64,000 nucleotides of DNA from an uncultured delta proteobacterium (GTDB lineage Bacteria; Myxococcota; Myxococcia; Myxococcales; Myxococcaceae): the NCBI GenBank assembly GCA_963796055.1, contig CAWCKH010000001.1, forward strand, positions 128,001-192,000, in the 5' to 3' direction. Of the stretch, positions 19,465-28,561 are shown piece by piece. Position 1 is the stretch's first letter, and every line of letters starts with the position of its first letter. Below the pieces are notes generated by a model. That model searched no databases and was not told the origin of the DNA. It saw nothing but the letters and a program-made list of their open reading frames with translations. A program made the translations under genes and the position numbers.

Positions 19465-22400
19465 GTGTACGCCGAGCTGGTCTGCCGCTCCAACTACTCC
19501 TTCCTCGAGGGCGCCTCGCACCCCGAGGAGCTGGTGTTCCAGGCGGTGCAGCTCGGCCTCTCCGGGCTCGCCCTGACCGATGGCGACGGGCTGTACGGCT
19601 CGGTGAAGGCCCACCTCGCGGCGCGGGAGCTGGGGCTGAAGCTCGTCCACGGTGCCCGGGTGACCTTGACCGACGCCCCCCCGGTCGTCGTTTACGTCCA
19701 GGATGCCGACGGCTACCGGCACCTCTGCCAGGTGCTGTCTCAAAGTAGGCTGGCCCACCCCAAGGGGGAGGCCGGCATCGGCTGGCGGGTGCTGGCCGAG
19801 CGGAGCGCGGGGCTGCTCGCGCTGCTGCCCTTTCCGGACGAGCCCGAGCGGGTGGCGCCGCTCGCCGAGGCCTTCCCGGGGCGCTTCTACGTCGGCGCCT
19901 GCCGGACCCTGTCCGCCGGGGACGACGCGCGCTGGGAGCGGGCCCGGGCCCTGGCGCGGACGCTCGAGCTGCCGCTGTGCGCCCACAACGACGTGCACAC
20001 CCACGCCCGGGAGCAGCAGCCGCTGCAAGACGTCGTCGCCGCCATTCGCCACCAGACCCAGGTGGCCCGGGCCGGCTGGAAGCTGTTCCCCAACGCCGAG
20101 CGGACCTTGAAGGGGCCGGAGGAGATGCTCCGGCTCTGGGCAGACGCGCCGGAGGTGGTGGGCCGGACCCTGGAGATCGCCGACAGCTGCCACTTCTCGC
20201 TCGACGCGCTCCGCTACCAGTTCCCCCGGGAGGACCTGCCGCCGGGCCACACCACGCAGAGCTGGCTCGCCCACCTGGTCGAGGAGGGCCTCCGGTTCCG
20301 CTACCCGGCCGGGGTGCCCGAGGCGGTGCGCAGGCAGGTCCGACACGAGCTGGAGCTCATCGAGAAGCTCGAGGTGGCCGGGTACTTCCTCGCCCTCCAC
20401 GACATCGTCCACTTCGCCATCCGCAACGGCATCCTCTGCCAGGGGCGGGGGAGCGCGGCCAACTCCGCGGTCTGCTACGCGCTGCGCATCACCTCCATCG
20501 ACCCGGTGCGGATGGGGCTCCTCTTCGAGCGCTTCCTCAGCCTCGAGCGCCCCGAGCCCCCGGACATCGACGTGGACTTCGAGCACGAGCGGCGCGAGGA
20601 GGTGCTGCAGTACGTCTACAACAAGCACGGCCGCGATCGCGCCGGCATGGTGTGCGAGGTCATCTGCTACCGCGGCCGGCTCGCCGTGCGCGAGGTGGGC
20701 AAAGCGCTCGGGCTGTCGCTGGACCAGGTGGACCGGCTGGCCAAGCACACCGAGCTGGCCGGAACGGGGACCCTCACCGACGCGCACGTGGCCGAGGCCG
20801 GCCTGCGCCCGGAGGACCCTGGCGTTCAGCGGACGCTGGCCCTGGCCCAGATGCTGGAGGGCTTCCCCCGCCACCTCTCGATCCACGTCGGCGGCTTCGT
20901 CATCACCCACGGCGAGCTGGCCGAGGTGGTGCCGGTGGAGAACGCCTCGATGAAGGACCGGACCGTCGTCCAGTGGGAGAAGGACGACCTGAACGCCCTG
21001 GGCATCTTCAAGGTGGATCTCCTGGGCCTGGGGATGCTCACCGTGCTCTCCAAGTCCTTCGCCCTGGTGGAGAAGCACCAGGGCATCCGGCTCGACCTGG
21101 CCACCATCCCCAGCGAGGACCCGGCGGTGTACCGGATGCTCGGCGAGGCGGACGCCATCGGGGTCTTCCAGGTGGAGAGCCGGGCGCAGATGAACCTGCT
21201 TCCCCGGCTGAAACCGAAGAGCTTCTACGACCTCACCATCGAGATCGCCCTCATCCGTCCCGGGCCCATCCTGGGGGACATGGTCCACCCCTTCCTCCGC
21301 CGCCGCGAGGGACTGGAGGAGGTGACGTACCCCTCGGACGAGGTGAAGCACATCCTGGAAAAGACGCTGGGCGTGTCGCTGTTCCAGGAGCAGGCGATGC
21401 GGCTGGCGGTCACCGCCGCGGGGTTCAACCAGGGCGAGGCCGACGCGCTCCGCCGGGCGCTGAGCCACAAGCGGGCCGAGGTACTGCTCGTGCCCTGGCG
21501 CGACCGCTTCGTGAACGGGTGCGTGGGCCGCGGCTACAGCCGCGAGTACGCCGAGAAGTGCTTCGAGCAGTTCAAGGGGTTCAGCCACTATGGCTTCCCC
21601 GAGTCCCACTCGGCGTCGTTCGCCCTCATCGCCTACGCCAGCGCCTACGTGAAGTGCTACCACCCGGCGGCCTTCGCCGCGGCGCTGCTCAACAGCCAGC
21701 CGATGGGCTTCTACGCTCCGCACACCATCGTCGAGGACGCCAAGCGGCACGGGGTCGTGGTGTGGCCCATCGACGTGCGCCACTCGGACTGGGACGCCAC
21801 GCTGGAGGACGGCGCGCTGCGCATCGGGCTGCGGGAGGTGAAGGGTCTGCAAGAGGCCCACGCCCGGACGCTGGTGGAGACGCGGGGCCCGGCCGGGTTC
21901 GCCGACCTCGCCGACCTGGCGCGCCGGGTGCGCATCCCCCGGCATGCGCTGGAGCGGCTGGCCCGGTCGGGCGCGCTGGACGGGCTGTGCGGCAGCCGGC
22001 GGCAGGCGGTGTGGGAGGTGCAGGCGCTCGGGCCCTCCGTGGACGACGACCTGTTCCGCGGCGTGCCGATGGACCGCTCCGCTGCGCCGGGACGCCCGCT
22101 GGCCGAGGCCGAGCAGGTGGCGGAGGACTACCGGACCACCGGGCTGTCCCTCTCCCGGCATCCGCTGGCGCTGATGCGCCCCTTCCTCGCCCGGCGCCGG
22201 GTGCTCACCGCCGTCCAGCTTCAAGAGGCACCGGCGAAGACCCGCGTCCGGATCGCCGGGCTGGTCATCTGCCGGCAGCGGCCTCCGACGGCGAAGGGCG
22301 TGGTCTTCCTCTCGCTGGAGGACGAGACCGGCATCTCCAATCTGGTGGTGCCACCGGAGATCTTCGAGCGCGATCGCCGGGTGCTGCTCGGCGCGGCGTT

Positions 22401-22539
22401 TCTCCAGGCGGAGGGGAGGGTGGAGCGGGTGGGGAAGGTGGTCAACCTCCAGGTTTCGCGGGCCAGCGCGCTGCGGCTCCCCGCGAGCCCCCCGGCTTCC
22501 ACGCAGCTGTCGATCTGGAACCACGCCGCGCCCGGCTGA
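19465..22539 (+). CDS. dnaE2: Error-prone DNA polymerase DnaE2 (ImuC)
   Basis: YAELVCRSNYSFLEGASHPEELV PHP start, GRGSAANSAVCY, catalytic PDIDVDF, YGFPESHSASFA, LLNSQPMGFY, OB-fold RQRPPTAKGV. Confidence 0.95.
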   Translation: MYAELVCRSNYSFLEGASHPEELVFQAVQLGLSGLALTDGDGLYGSVKAHLAARELGLKLVHGARVTLTDAPPVVVYVQDADGYRHLCQVLSQSRLAHPKGEAGIGWRVLAERSAGLLALLPFPDEPERVAPLAEAFPGRFYVGACRTLSAGDDARWERARALARTLELPLCAHNDVHTHAREQQPLQDVVAAIRHQTQVARAGWKLFPNAERTLKGPEEMLRLWADAPEVVGRTLEIADSCHFSLDALRYQFPREDLPPGHTTQSWLAHLVEEGLRFRYPAGVPEAVRRQVRHELELIEKLEVAGYFLALHDIVHFAIRNGILCQGRGSAANSAVCYALRITSIDPVRMGLLFERFLSLERPEPPDIDVDFEHERREEVLQYVYNKHGRDRAGMVCEVICYRGRLAVREVGKALGLSLDQVDRLAKHTELAGTGTLTDAHVAEAGLRPEDPGVQRTLALAQMLEGFPRHLSIHVGGFVITHGELAEVVPVENASMKDRTVVQWEKDDLNALGIFKVDLLGLGMLTVLSKSFALVEKHQGIRLDLATIPSEDPAVYRMLGEADAIGVFQVESRAQMNLLPRLKPKSFYDLTIEIALIRPGPILGDMVHPFLRRREGLEEVTYPSDEVKHILEKTLGVSLFQEQAMRLAVTAAGFNQGEADALRRALSHKRAEVLLVPWRDRFVNGCVGRGYSREYAEKCFEQFKGFSHYGFPESHSASFALIAYASAYVKCYHPAAFAAALLNSQPMGFYAPHTIVEDAKRHGVVVWPIDVRHSDWDATLEDGALRIGLREVKGLQEAHARTLVETRGPAGFADLADLARRVRIPRHALERLARSGALDGLCGSRRQAVWEVQALGPSVDDDLFRGVPMDRSAAPGRPLAEAEQVAEDYRTTGLSLSRHPLALMRPFLARRRVLTAVQLQEAPAKTRVRIAGLVICRQRPPTAKGVVFLSLEDETGISNLVVPPEIFERDRRVLLGAAFLQAEGRVERVGKVVNLQVSRASALRLPASPPASTQLSIWNHAAPG

Positions 22540-22603
22540 TCCGGACAGCAGACCCTCGTTGCAGGCGCACGGGCGGGTGCGCTCAAGTGCCGGATGCTCC
22601 ATC

Positions 22604-24061
22604 GTGGCGACCTCCCCGGAACGCGCTGAGCGCGCCGCGACGCGGCTCGAGCCCTGGGCTGCAGCGGCAGCGCTGGGCTGGTGCGCGCTGAGGCTCGGCC
22701 GGGGGCTCGGGCCGGACCCGATGTACAACTCCGACTGCGCCGTCCCGGTGCTGCTGATGCGCGGCCTGGGAGAGGGGCCGTTCACGCTCTTCTACCCGCG
22801 CCAGGACCGCTACGGGATGTGGCCGTTCCTGCTCGGGCGGTGGCTGCATCTGGGCACGGCCGAGGCGGTGAACGTGCTCGGCATCCTGACGCTCTGCTCG
22901 GCGGTGGTGCCGTTGACCGCGCTGCTGGGGAGCCCGGCGCTCGCGGTCCTCACCCTGGTGCTCCCGATCGTGCTGAACCACACGGTGGCATGGAACTTCT
23001 TCCAGGCCGGGCAGCCGTATCTCTGGCAGGTGGTGACGCTGATCTGGGCCTGGTGGGGTTGCCGGGCGGCCTTCGTCGCGCCCACCCGGGGGCGGCGGCT
23101 CGCGGCGCTCGCCGGCTTCCTGCTGGCCGGCTTTCTCTCGGCGTGGATCAGCACCGTGAGCCTGGTGGCGCTGCTCGGCGCCCTGGTCGTCGAGGCCGTG
23201 CACGCCCAGGCCCGGCCGGCGCGGGTGGTGGGAGGGGCGGTCATGCTCGGGCTCGCGGCGCTCGGCGAGGGACAGCTGCGCCGCGTGTACAACGCCTTCT
23301 GCAAGCGGACGTTCGGTGAGCGCTTCATCACCGTGCTCCGGCTCGACCGAGGGCATCTGGTGTCCAACCTGGGGGTGGTGGCGGCGACCTGCTGGCGCGA
23401 GGGCATCGTCGTCCCGCTGCTGCTGGGAATCGGGGGGCTCGCCGCGCCCCGCCTCACCCGGCCCCAGCGCGCCAGCCAGGCAGTGCTGGTCGCGTTCGCG
23501 GTGTGCTCGCTTCCCGCGTTCGTGCTCGTCCAGCACTTCCGGGAGAACGATTTCTCGGGGCGCTACTTCGCCTTCGCCGCATACTGGGCGGTGGCCGCCG
23601 CGGTCCACGGCGCGTTCGCGCTCGCCGGGGCGCTGGCCGCTCGACTCCGCGCGCCGGTGCATCTGGCCGGGCTCGTCGCCCTGGTGGCGCTGGTCCAGGC
23701 CGGGCCCGCAGACCCCCTCGGTCCGCAGCGGCTCGCGGCGGCGCGACTGGTGGGCGGCGCGCCCCGGGTGCTCCTCGCTGGGTACTGGGAGGTGTACGTC
23801 CCGGCCTCGGTGGCCCCGCCGGGAGCCCTGCTCCCGCTCCCCCGCGAGCGCGACTACAACCGCTTCCCGACGGTGCAGGCCGAGCTCCAGCCGGGACGGG
23901 AGGTCCTGGTGGCCTGCGAGATGGACGGCCCCGACGGAACCCTCGAGCAGTACGGCGCGCTGCTGCGCCGTCTGTCGGCCGAGCCGGTGCGCAGCGAGAA
24001 GCTCTCCTGGTGCCTTCACGCGGTGGAGCGGCCGGCGCGGCCGGCGAAGCGGCCGCGGTGA
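22604..24061 (+). CDS. Polytopic membrane protein, possibly a GT-C-fold glycosyltransferase
   Basis: Many TM helices; first loop YNSDCAVPVLLM resembles the acidic loop motif of GT-C enzymes; soluble C-terminal domain. Start codon uncertain. Confidence 0.6.
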   Translation: MATSPERAERAATRLEPWAAAAALGWCALRLGRGLGPDPMYNSDCAVPVLLMRGLGEGPFTLFYPRQDRYGMWPFLLGRWLHLGTAEAVNVLGILTLCSAVVPLTALLGSPALAVLTLVLPIVLNHTVAWNFFQAGQPYLWQVVTLIWAWWGCRAAFVAPTRGRRLAALAGFLLAGFLSAWISTVSLVALLGALVVEAVHAQARPARVVGGAVMLGLAALGEGQLRRVYNAFCKRTFGERFITVLRLDRGHLVSNLGVVAATCWREGIVVPLLLGIGGLAAPRLTRPQRASQAVLVAFAVCSLPAFVLVQHFRENDFSGRYFAFAAYWAVAAAVHGAFALAGALAARLRAPVHLAGLVALVALVQAGPADPLGPQRLAAARLVGGAPRVLLAGYWEVYVPASVAPPGALLPLPRERDYNRFPTVQAELQPGREVLVACEMDGPDGTLEQYGALLRRLSAEPVRSEKLSWCLHAVERPARPAKRPR

Positions 24062-24062
24062 G

Positions 24063-24863
24063 TCAGCGCAGGACGGCGAACGTCTGCTGGTTCATCGCCA
24101 CGCAGGTGTCGCCGCTCCACAGCGCGCGCAGCTCGACGAAGAAGCCGTCGGCGAGGCCTGCCATGCGCGCTTCGTGGAAGAGCCGGTCCGCCGGGTCGAG
24201 CCGCGCCGGGTCCACCAGCAGCTCGGCGAGGAAGGCGGTGGTGGCGACGGGCCGCGGCTCGGTGAGGACCGACCACAGGGTGGGCCACCACGCGTCGAGC
24301 AGGGCGATGACGCTCGCCGCGTCTCGCCGCGGGGGCAGGGTACGCTCCCGGACGTACCCGGCCGTCTCCGCCTCGCGTGCGCCGCCCAGCGGCGCCGGCC
24401 CCGCCAGCCGGTACTCGTATGCACGGGCGAAGTCCGGGCCAATCGGCGGCCCGATGTCCAGGGTGGGCAGCTGGTCCCAGTCGGCGCGGTCGGGTGGCTC
24501 GACGCCACGGGGGTGGGGAATCTGCACCTCGCGGGATCCGGCGAGCACCCCGCTGGCCACTGCCAGGACGTTGCCTCCCTGGATCAGCCGGGCCTGGACG
24601 TTGCTCTGCTTGCTCCCGCGCCGGAGCACCTCGACCCGCAGGGTGGCGGGGCCGGGGAGCACCGGGCCGGCGATGTCCCCGGCGAGCGTCTGGAGCCGGC
24701 GGCCCGGGTCGCCCAGCTCGGCTTCCATCGCCCGGGCGAGCAGCCCGTACACCAGTCCGCCGAAGGCGCCCCGGCCCTGCTGCCAGCCGTCGGGCACCAT
24801 CGCCTCGAAGGTGCCGGGGCCGCTCGGGCGGATCGCGCTGGCCTGCTGGAAGTCGGCGAGCAT
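24063..24863 (-). CDS. Acyl-CoA thioesterase (TesB-like double hotdog)
   Basis: VPDGWQQGRGAFGG, EVLRRGS, IALLDAWWP, ELRALWSGD...QQ. Confidence 0.85.
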   Translation of the reverse strand: MLADFQQASAIRPSGPGTFEAMVPDGWQQGRGAFGGLVYGLLARAMEAELGDPGRRLQTLAGDIAGPVLPGPATLRVEVLRRGSKQSNVQARLIQGGNVLAVASGVLAGSREVQIPHPRGVEPPDRADWDQLPTLDIGPPIGPDFARAYEYRLAGPAPLGGAREAETAGYVRERTLPPRRDAASVIALLDAWWPTLWSVLTEPRPVATTAFLAELLVDPARLDPADRLFHEARMAGLADGFFVELRALWSGDTCVAMNQQTFAVLR

Positions 24864-24945
24864 CGGTCGGCGGGGAGCATCTCCGTCGTCCGGTGCGGCT
24901 TCAACCCCGGGGGCCGCAGCGCCGCTCCTCGCAGGCATCAGGGCG

Positions 24946-25083
24946 TCAGAAGACGTACCAGCCGCTGAGCTGGACGCGGCGGTCGACCGAGGGCGCGCCA
25001 TCGGTGAAGTGCTGCTCCAGCCAGGCGTACTCCAGGCCGAAGCGAATGGCCTTTGCCGCGTCCCAGAAGACGGTGCACCGCAC
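24946..25083 (-). pseudogene. Orphan C-terminal fragment of an outer-membrane beta-barrel (porin-like)
   Basis: Manual translation VRCTVFWDAAKAIRFGLEYAWLEQHFTDGAPSVDRRVQLSGWYVF*: amphipathic strands ending in Y-x-F; no upstream body or RBS. Confidence 0.5.
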
Positions 25084-25174
25084 CGTCGTCCTCGAGCCTG
25101 TCCTTCCAGAGCGCCACGGATGGGTTCCGTGGTCAGGACTCGGGAGCGGCGAAGAATAGTTCCTTGGAGACGGT

Positions 25175-26662
25175 TCAGCCGATGATCATCGTCTCCCGCT
25201 CCAGCCGGCCGGTGCGGAAGCGGTCCAGGTCGAAGCGGGTGAAGAGCTCGTCGCGGGTGTCGCTCACCATCCACGCCGCCATCCGCTCGGCCACCGCGGG
25301 GGCCATCATGAACCCGTGCCCGACGAAGCCGGACATCTGGAGCATGTTCGGGAGCCCGGGCGTGCGGCCGAGGATGGGGTTGTTGTCCGGCGTCACGTCG
25401 TAGCAGCCGGCCCACTGCCGCAGCGCCTTGATCTGCCCCAGCCGGGGAATCTGCTCGGTGAGCGCGCGCGAAAAGCGGGAGAGGAAGCGCAAGGTGGAGC
25501 CCATGTTCAGGCCCGCCGGCTCCCTCGGGTCGCCCATCCCGCCGACAATCTCCCCCCGCATCGACTGGCTGAAGTAGAGGCCGGAGTCGAGCACCGAGAC
25601 CAGTGGCGTGAGAAATGGCTTCAAGGGCTCGGTGGAGAGGATCTCGTGCCGATGTGGCTCGTTGGGGAGCTTCACCCCGGCCAGCCGCGCCACCTCCGGG
25701 CTCCAGGCGCCGGCGGCGATGACCACCGTCTCGCAGGCGATGCGGCCGCGGTCGGTCTCCACCGCCCGGACCCGTCCACCGGAGACGTCGAATCCGGTGA
25801 CGGTGGTGAAGGTCTCCACCCGCACCCCGCGCTTCTGGGCCGCCTGGGCGTACCCCCAGAGGAACGGCCAGGGAAAGATGACCCCGTCCTCGGGGTGGTA
25901 GGCGCAGAGGAGCACCCCCTTCATCGTCAGCTCGGGGACCACGTCCCGGCCCTCGCCCGGGGAGAGGATCTGCGTCTTCACCCCCAGCTTGTTGTGCAGC
26001 TCGGCATTGGTCCGCAGCCGCTCGGCCACCTCCTCGGTCCGGGCGAGGAACAGGTAGCCGCCCTGCCGGAGCCAGACGTTGATGCCCATCTCGCCGGCGA
26101 ACTGCTTCATCAGCTCGATGCTCCGCCGGGCGAGCTCGATGTTGGCCGCAGTGCCCCACTGCATCCGCACGCCACCGCCGTTGCGTCCGCTCGCTCCGGC
26201 ACAGAGATAGCCCTTCTCCAGCACCACCACGTCGGTGCAGCCGAGCTTCGCCAGGTTGTGCGCCAGGGCGAGCCCCATGATGCCGCCGCCGACGATGACC
26301 ACCCGGGTGCGCTCGGGGACGGGCTCGGCGGGGCGGAGCGCGTGCGAGCCCACCTGGATCAGCGGCGGGACGCCCCCCACCGGCGCCCGCGCCTCGTCGA
26401 CCGGGACGGCTCCGAGCAGCGACATCTCCACCGGGTGCAGTGGAGGCCGCGGGGTGAAGGGGAGCACCGCGCCCGGGCTGGCCCCGGTGCGCTCGGCCAG
26501 TGTCCGCGCCACCGCCGACAGGCAGCTCTTCCCCTGGCAGAACCCGGTGCCGAAGCCGGTGTACCGCTTGATGCTCTCGATGTCCCGGTGGCCCTTGTCG
26601 ATCGCGTGGCGGACGTCGTCCAGGGTCACGTCCTCGCAGGGGCAGAGCACGGACTTGCTCAC
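25175..26662 (-). CDS. FAD-dependent oxidoreductase (sarcosine oxidase/proline dehydrogenase beta-like) with N-terminal BFD-like [2Fe-2S] domain
   Basis: CPCEDV...KRYTGFGTGFCQGKSC...TPRPP; VVIVGGGIMG; GASGRNGG; GFVGHGFMMAP. Confidence 0.9.
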   Translation of the reverse strand: MSKSVLCPCEDVTLDDVRHAIDKGHRDIESIKRYTGFGTGFCQGKSCLSAVARTLAERTGASPGAVLPFTPRPPLHPVEMSLLGAVPVDEARAPVGGVPPLIQVGSHALRPAEPVPERTRVVIVGGGIMGLALAHNLAKLGCTDVVVLEKGYLCAGASGRNGGGVRMQWGTAANIELARRSIELMKQFAGEMGINVWLRQGGYLFLARTEEVAERLRTNAELHNKLGVKTQILSPGEGRDVVPELTMKGVLLCAYHPEDGVIFPWPFLWGYAQAAQKRGVRVETFTTVTGFDVSGGRVRAVETDRGRIACETVVIAAGAWSPEVARLAGVKLPNEPHRHEILSTEPLKPFLTPLVSVLDSGLYFSQSMRGEIVGGMGDPREPAGLNMGSTLRFLSRFSRALTEQIPRLGQIKALRQWAGCYDVTPDNNPILGRTPGLPNMLQMSGFVGHGFMMAPAVAERMAAWMVSDTRDELFTRFDLDRFRTGRLERETMIIG

Positions 26663-27225
26663 GGGTGAATCATCCTTCCCGAGGCCAGCATCTCCACGAA
26701 GGTCTGCAGCCGCCGGGCCCGCGTCTCCGGGCGCTTCGCGGTCTGCAGGCGCCAGGTGATGGCGTAGCGGTTGGCGCGGTCGAGCGTCTCGAAGAACTCC
26801 CGGGCCCGGCGGTTCCGGGCCAGCGCGCGCAGCAGATCCTCGGGGGCCGTGGCGCGGCTCGGCGGGTCGTAGGCCTGGGCCCAGCGGCCGTCCGCCTTTG
26901 CCGCGTCCATCTGCGCCAGGCCCGCCGGCTCCATCCTGCCCTCGGCGAGCAGACGCTCGCAGTGGGCGATGTTCCGCTTCGACCAGACGCTCCGGGGACG
27001 GCGGGGGGTGAACTTCTCGAGGAAGGCGTGCGCGTCGTGGCTCTTCTTCTGGCCGTCAATCCAACCGAAGCACAGGGCCTCGTCGAGCGCCTCGGCGTAG
27101 GTGACCGACGGCACGGGCGAGCCCTTCCTGGCGATCTTCAGCCAGACGCCCTCGGCGCTTCGGTGGTTCCTGGCGAGCCACGCCCGCCAGCGGGATGCGT
27201 CCCGGAATCGGAGGACGGGCGTCAT
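26659..27225 (-). CDS. YdeI/OmpD-associated (bacteriocin-protection family) protein
   Basis: WRAWLARNH, YAEALDEALCFGWIDG, FTPRRPRSVWS, AKRPETRARR. Confidence 0.9.
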   Translation of the reverse strand: MTPVLRFRDASRWRAWLARNHRSAEGVWLKIARKGSPVPSVTYAEALDEALCFGWIDGQKKSHDAHAFLEKFTPRRPRSVWSKRNIAHCERLLAEGRMEPAGLAQMDAAKADGRWAQAYDPPSRATAPEDLLRALARNRRAREFFETLDRANRYAITWRLQTAKRPETRARRLQTFVEMLASGRMIHP

Positions 27226-28544
27226 CGGCCGAGGATCCCCAGTGCCGCCGCCCGCCCCGATTCGGCCGCGTGGTGGGCAGTCCCGGGTCGGACGACGTCA
27301 CCTGCGGCCCAGATGCCGGCCACCGCGCTCCGGCCGTCGCGCTCCACCTCGGGGACGAACGTCTGCAGCTCCGGACGGAAGGCGATCTTCACCCCCGCCT
27401 GCCGCAGGAGCTCGAAGGCGGGCGTGGGCGGAAGGGAGATCACCACCGCGTCGCAGTCGACGCGCCGCGCGCGCCCACCGGCCTCGCGGTAGGAGAACCC
27501 GTGCACCCAGGTGCGCCCGTGAGCCCGGACCGGCGCTCCCTGGATGGTCCCTGCCGGCGCCTGGCCGGCGCCGGTGTGCAGCACGAGCGGGGGCGTGACG
27601 CCCTCCGCCTGGAACATCCGCGCCAGCGGCAGCAGCTGCGGTCCCTCGCCGAGGATCACCGGCGCGTCGCCGATCAGCAGGCGCCGGCGCAGCAGGAGAT
27701 CCGAGGCTGCTCTGCCGCTGAAGACACCCGGGATGTCGTTGTTCTCGAAGGGCACGGTGGAGGCGTGCCCGCCCATGGCGAAGAGGATGACCCGAGCCTG
27801 GACCAGGAGCACCCGCGGCCCCTCGGCATCGCGCTGCACCGCGAGCAGCACCCGCCCCAGCTCGTCGTCGTAGAGGCCGAGCACCGAGGTGTCGAGCCGG
27901 AGCTGGACGGCTCCCGGGACGGCGAGCACGGTTGTGATGCCGTCCTCGGGCGCACCGAGCACCCGGCGTCCGCCGACGCGATCCTCCTGTTCGAGGACGA
28001 GAGGCGCGAGGCCGCCCGCCGCGAGCACCTCGGCCGCGGCGAGCCCTGCGGCGCCAGCCCCCACCACCGCGACCTCGACCGAGAGTCGCTCTGCAACGGG
28101 CGGTGGGGGAGGGGCCGCGTCGGGCAACAGCCCGAGCCCTGCGAGGTGACGCGCCACGGTGGCCATCACCTTCTCGGCGACGGGGACGCCGGCGAACATC
28201 GAGTGGTGGTCCATCCCCTTGGGGAAGAGCCAGTCGATGCTGGAGAACACGTCGACCTTCACGCTGGGGTAGGCGTTCTGCCGCTCGATGCGCATCCCCG
28301 CCTGGACCGGCGTCTGACAGGCGAAGCGGTTGGGCACGCCGTCGACGCGGACCAGACAATTGGAGCAGGAGCCCGCCATGCAGAAGGGTCCGCGTGGCCG
28401 GTGGTACTTGATGCTCCGCGAGAAGACGGTCTCGCCCGCCGCGAGGAGCGCGCAGGCTGCCGGCTCTCCCTCCCGGGCCCGGAGCGGCCTGCTCTCGAAC
28501 TCGATGGTGAGCTCCGGCCCGGTGGCCGGAGGGAGGCGTCGCAT
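27222..28544 (-). CDS. Flavoprotein dehydrogenase alpha-like subunit ([2Fe-2S] + FAD/NAD-binding)
   Basis: SRSIKYHRPRGPFCMAGSCSNCLVRVDG...AC, VVGAGAAGLAAA, FENNDIPGV, WAAGD. Confidence 0.88.
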   Translation of the reverse strand: MRRLPPATGPELTIEFESRPLRAREGEPAACALLAAGETVFSRSIKYHRPRGPFCMAGSCSNCLVRVDGVPNRFACQTPVQAGMRIERQNAYPSVKVDVFSSIDWLFPKGMDHHSMFAGVPVAEKVMATVARHLAGLGLLPDAAPPPPPVAERLSVEVAVVGAGAAGLAAAEVLAAGGLAPLVLEQEDRVGGRRVLGAPEDGITTVLAVPGAVQLRLDTSVLGLYDDELGRVLLAVQRDAEGPRVLLVQARVILFAMGGHASTVPFENNDIPGVFSGRAASDLLLRRRLLIGDAPVILGEGPQLLPLARMFQAEGVTPPLVLHTGAGQAPAGTIQGAPVRAHGRTWVHGFSYREAGGRARRVDCDAVVISLPPTPAFELLRQAGVKIAFRPELQTFVPEVERDGRSAVAGIWAAGDVVRPGTAHHAAESGRAAALGILGR

Positions 28545-28561
28545 GGGCGGGTTCTACCCGA

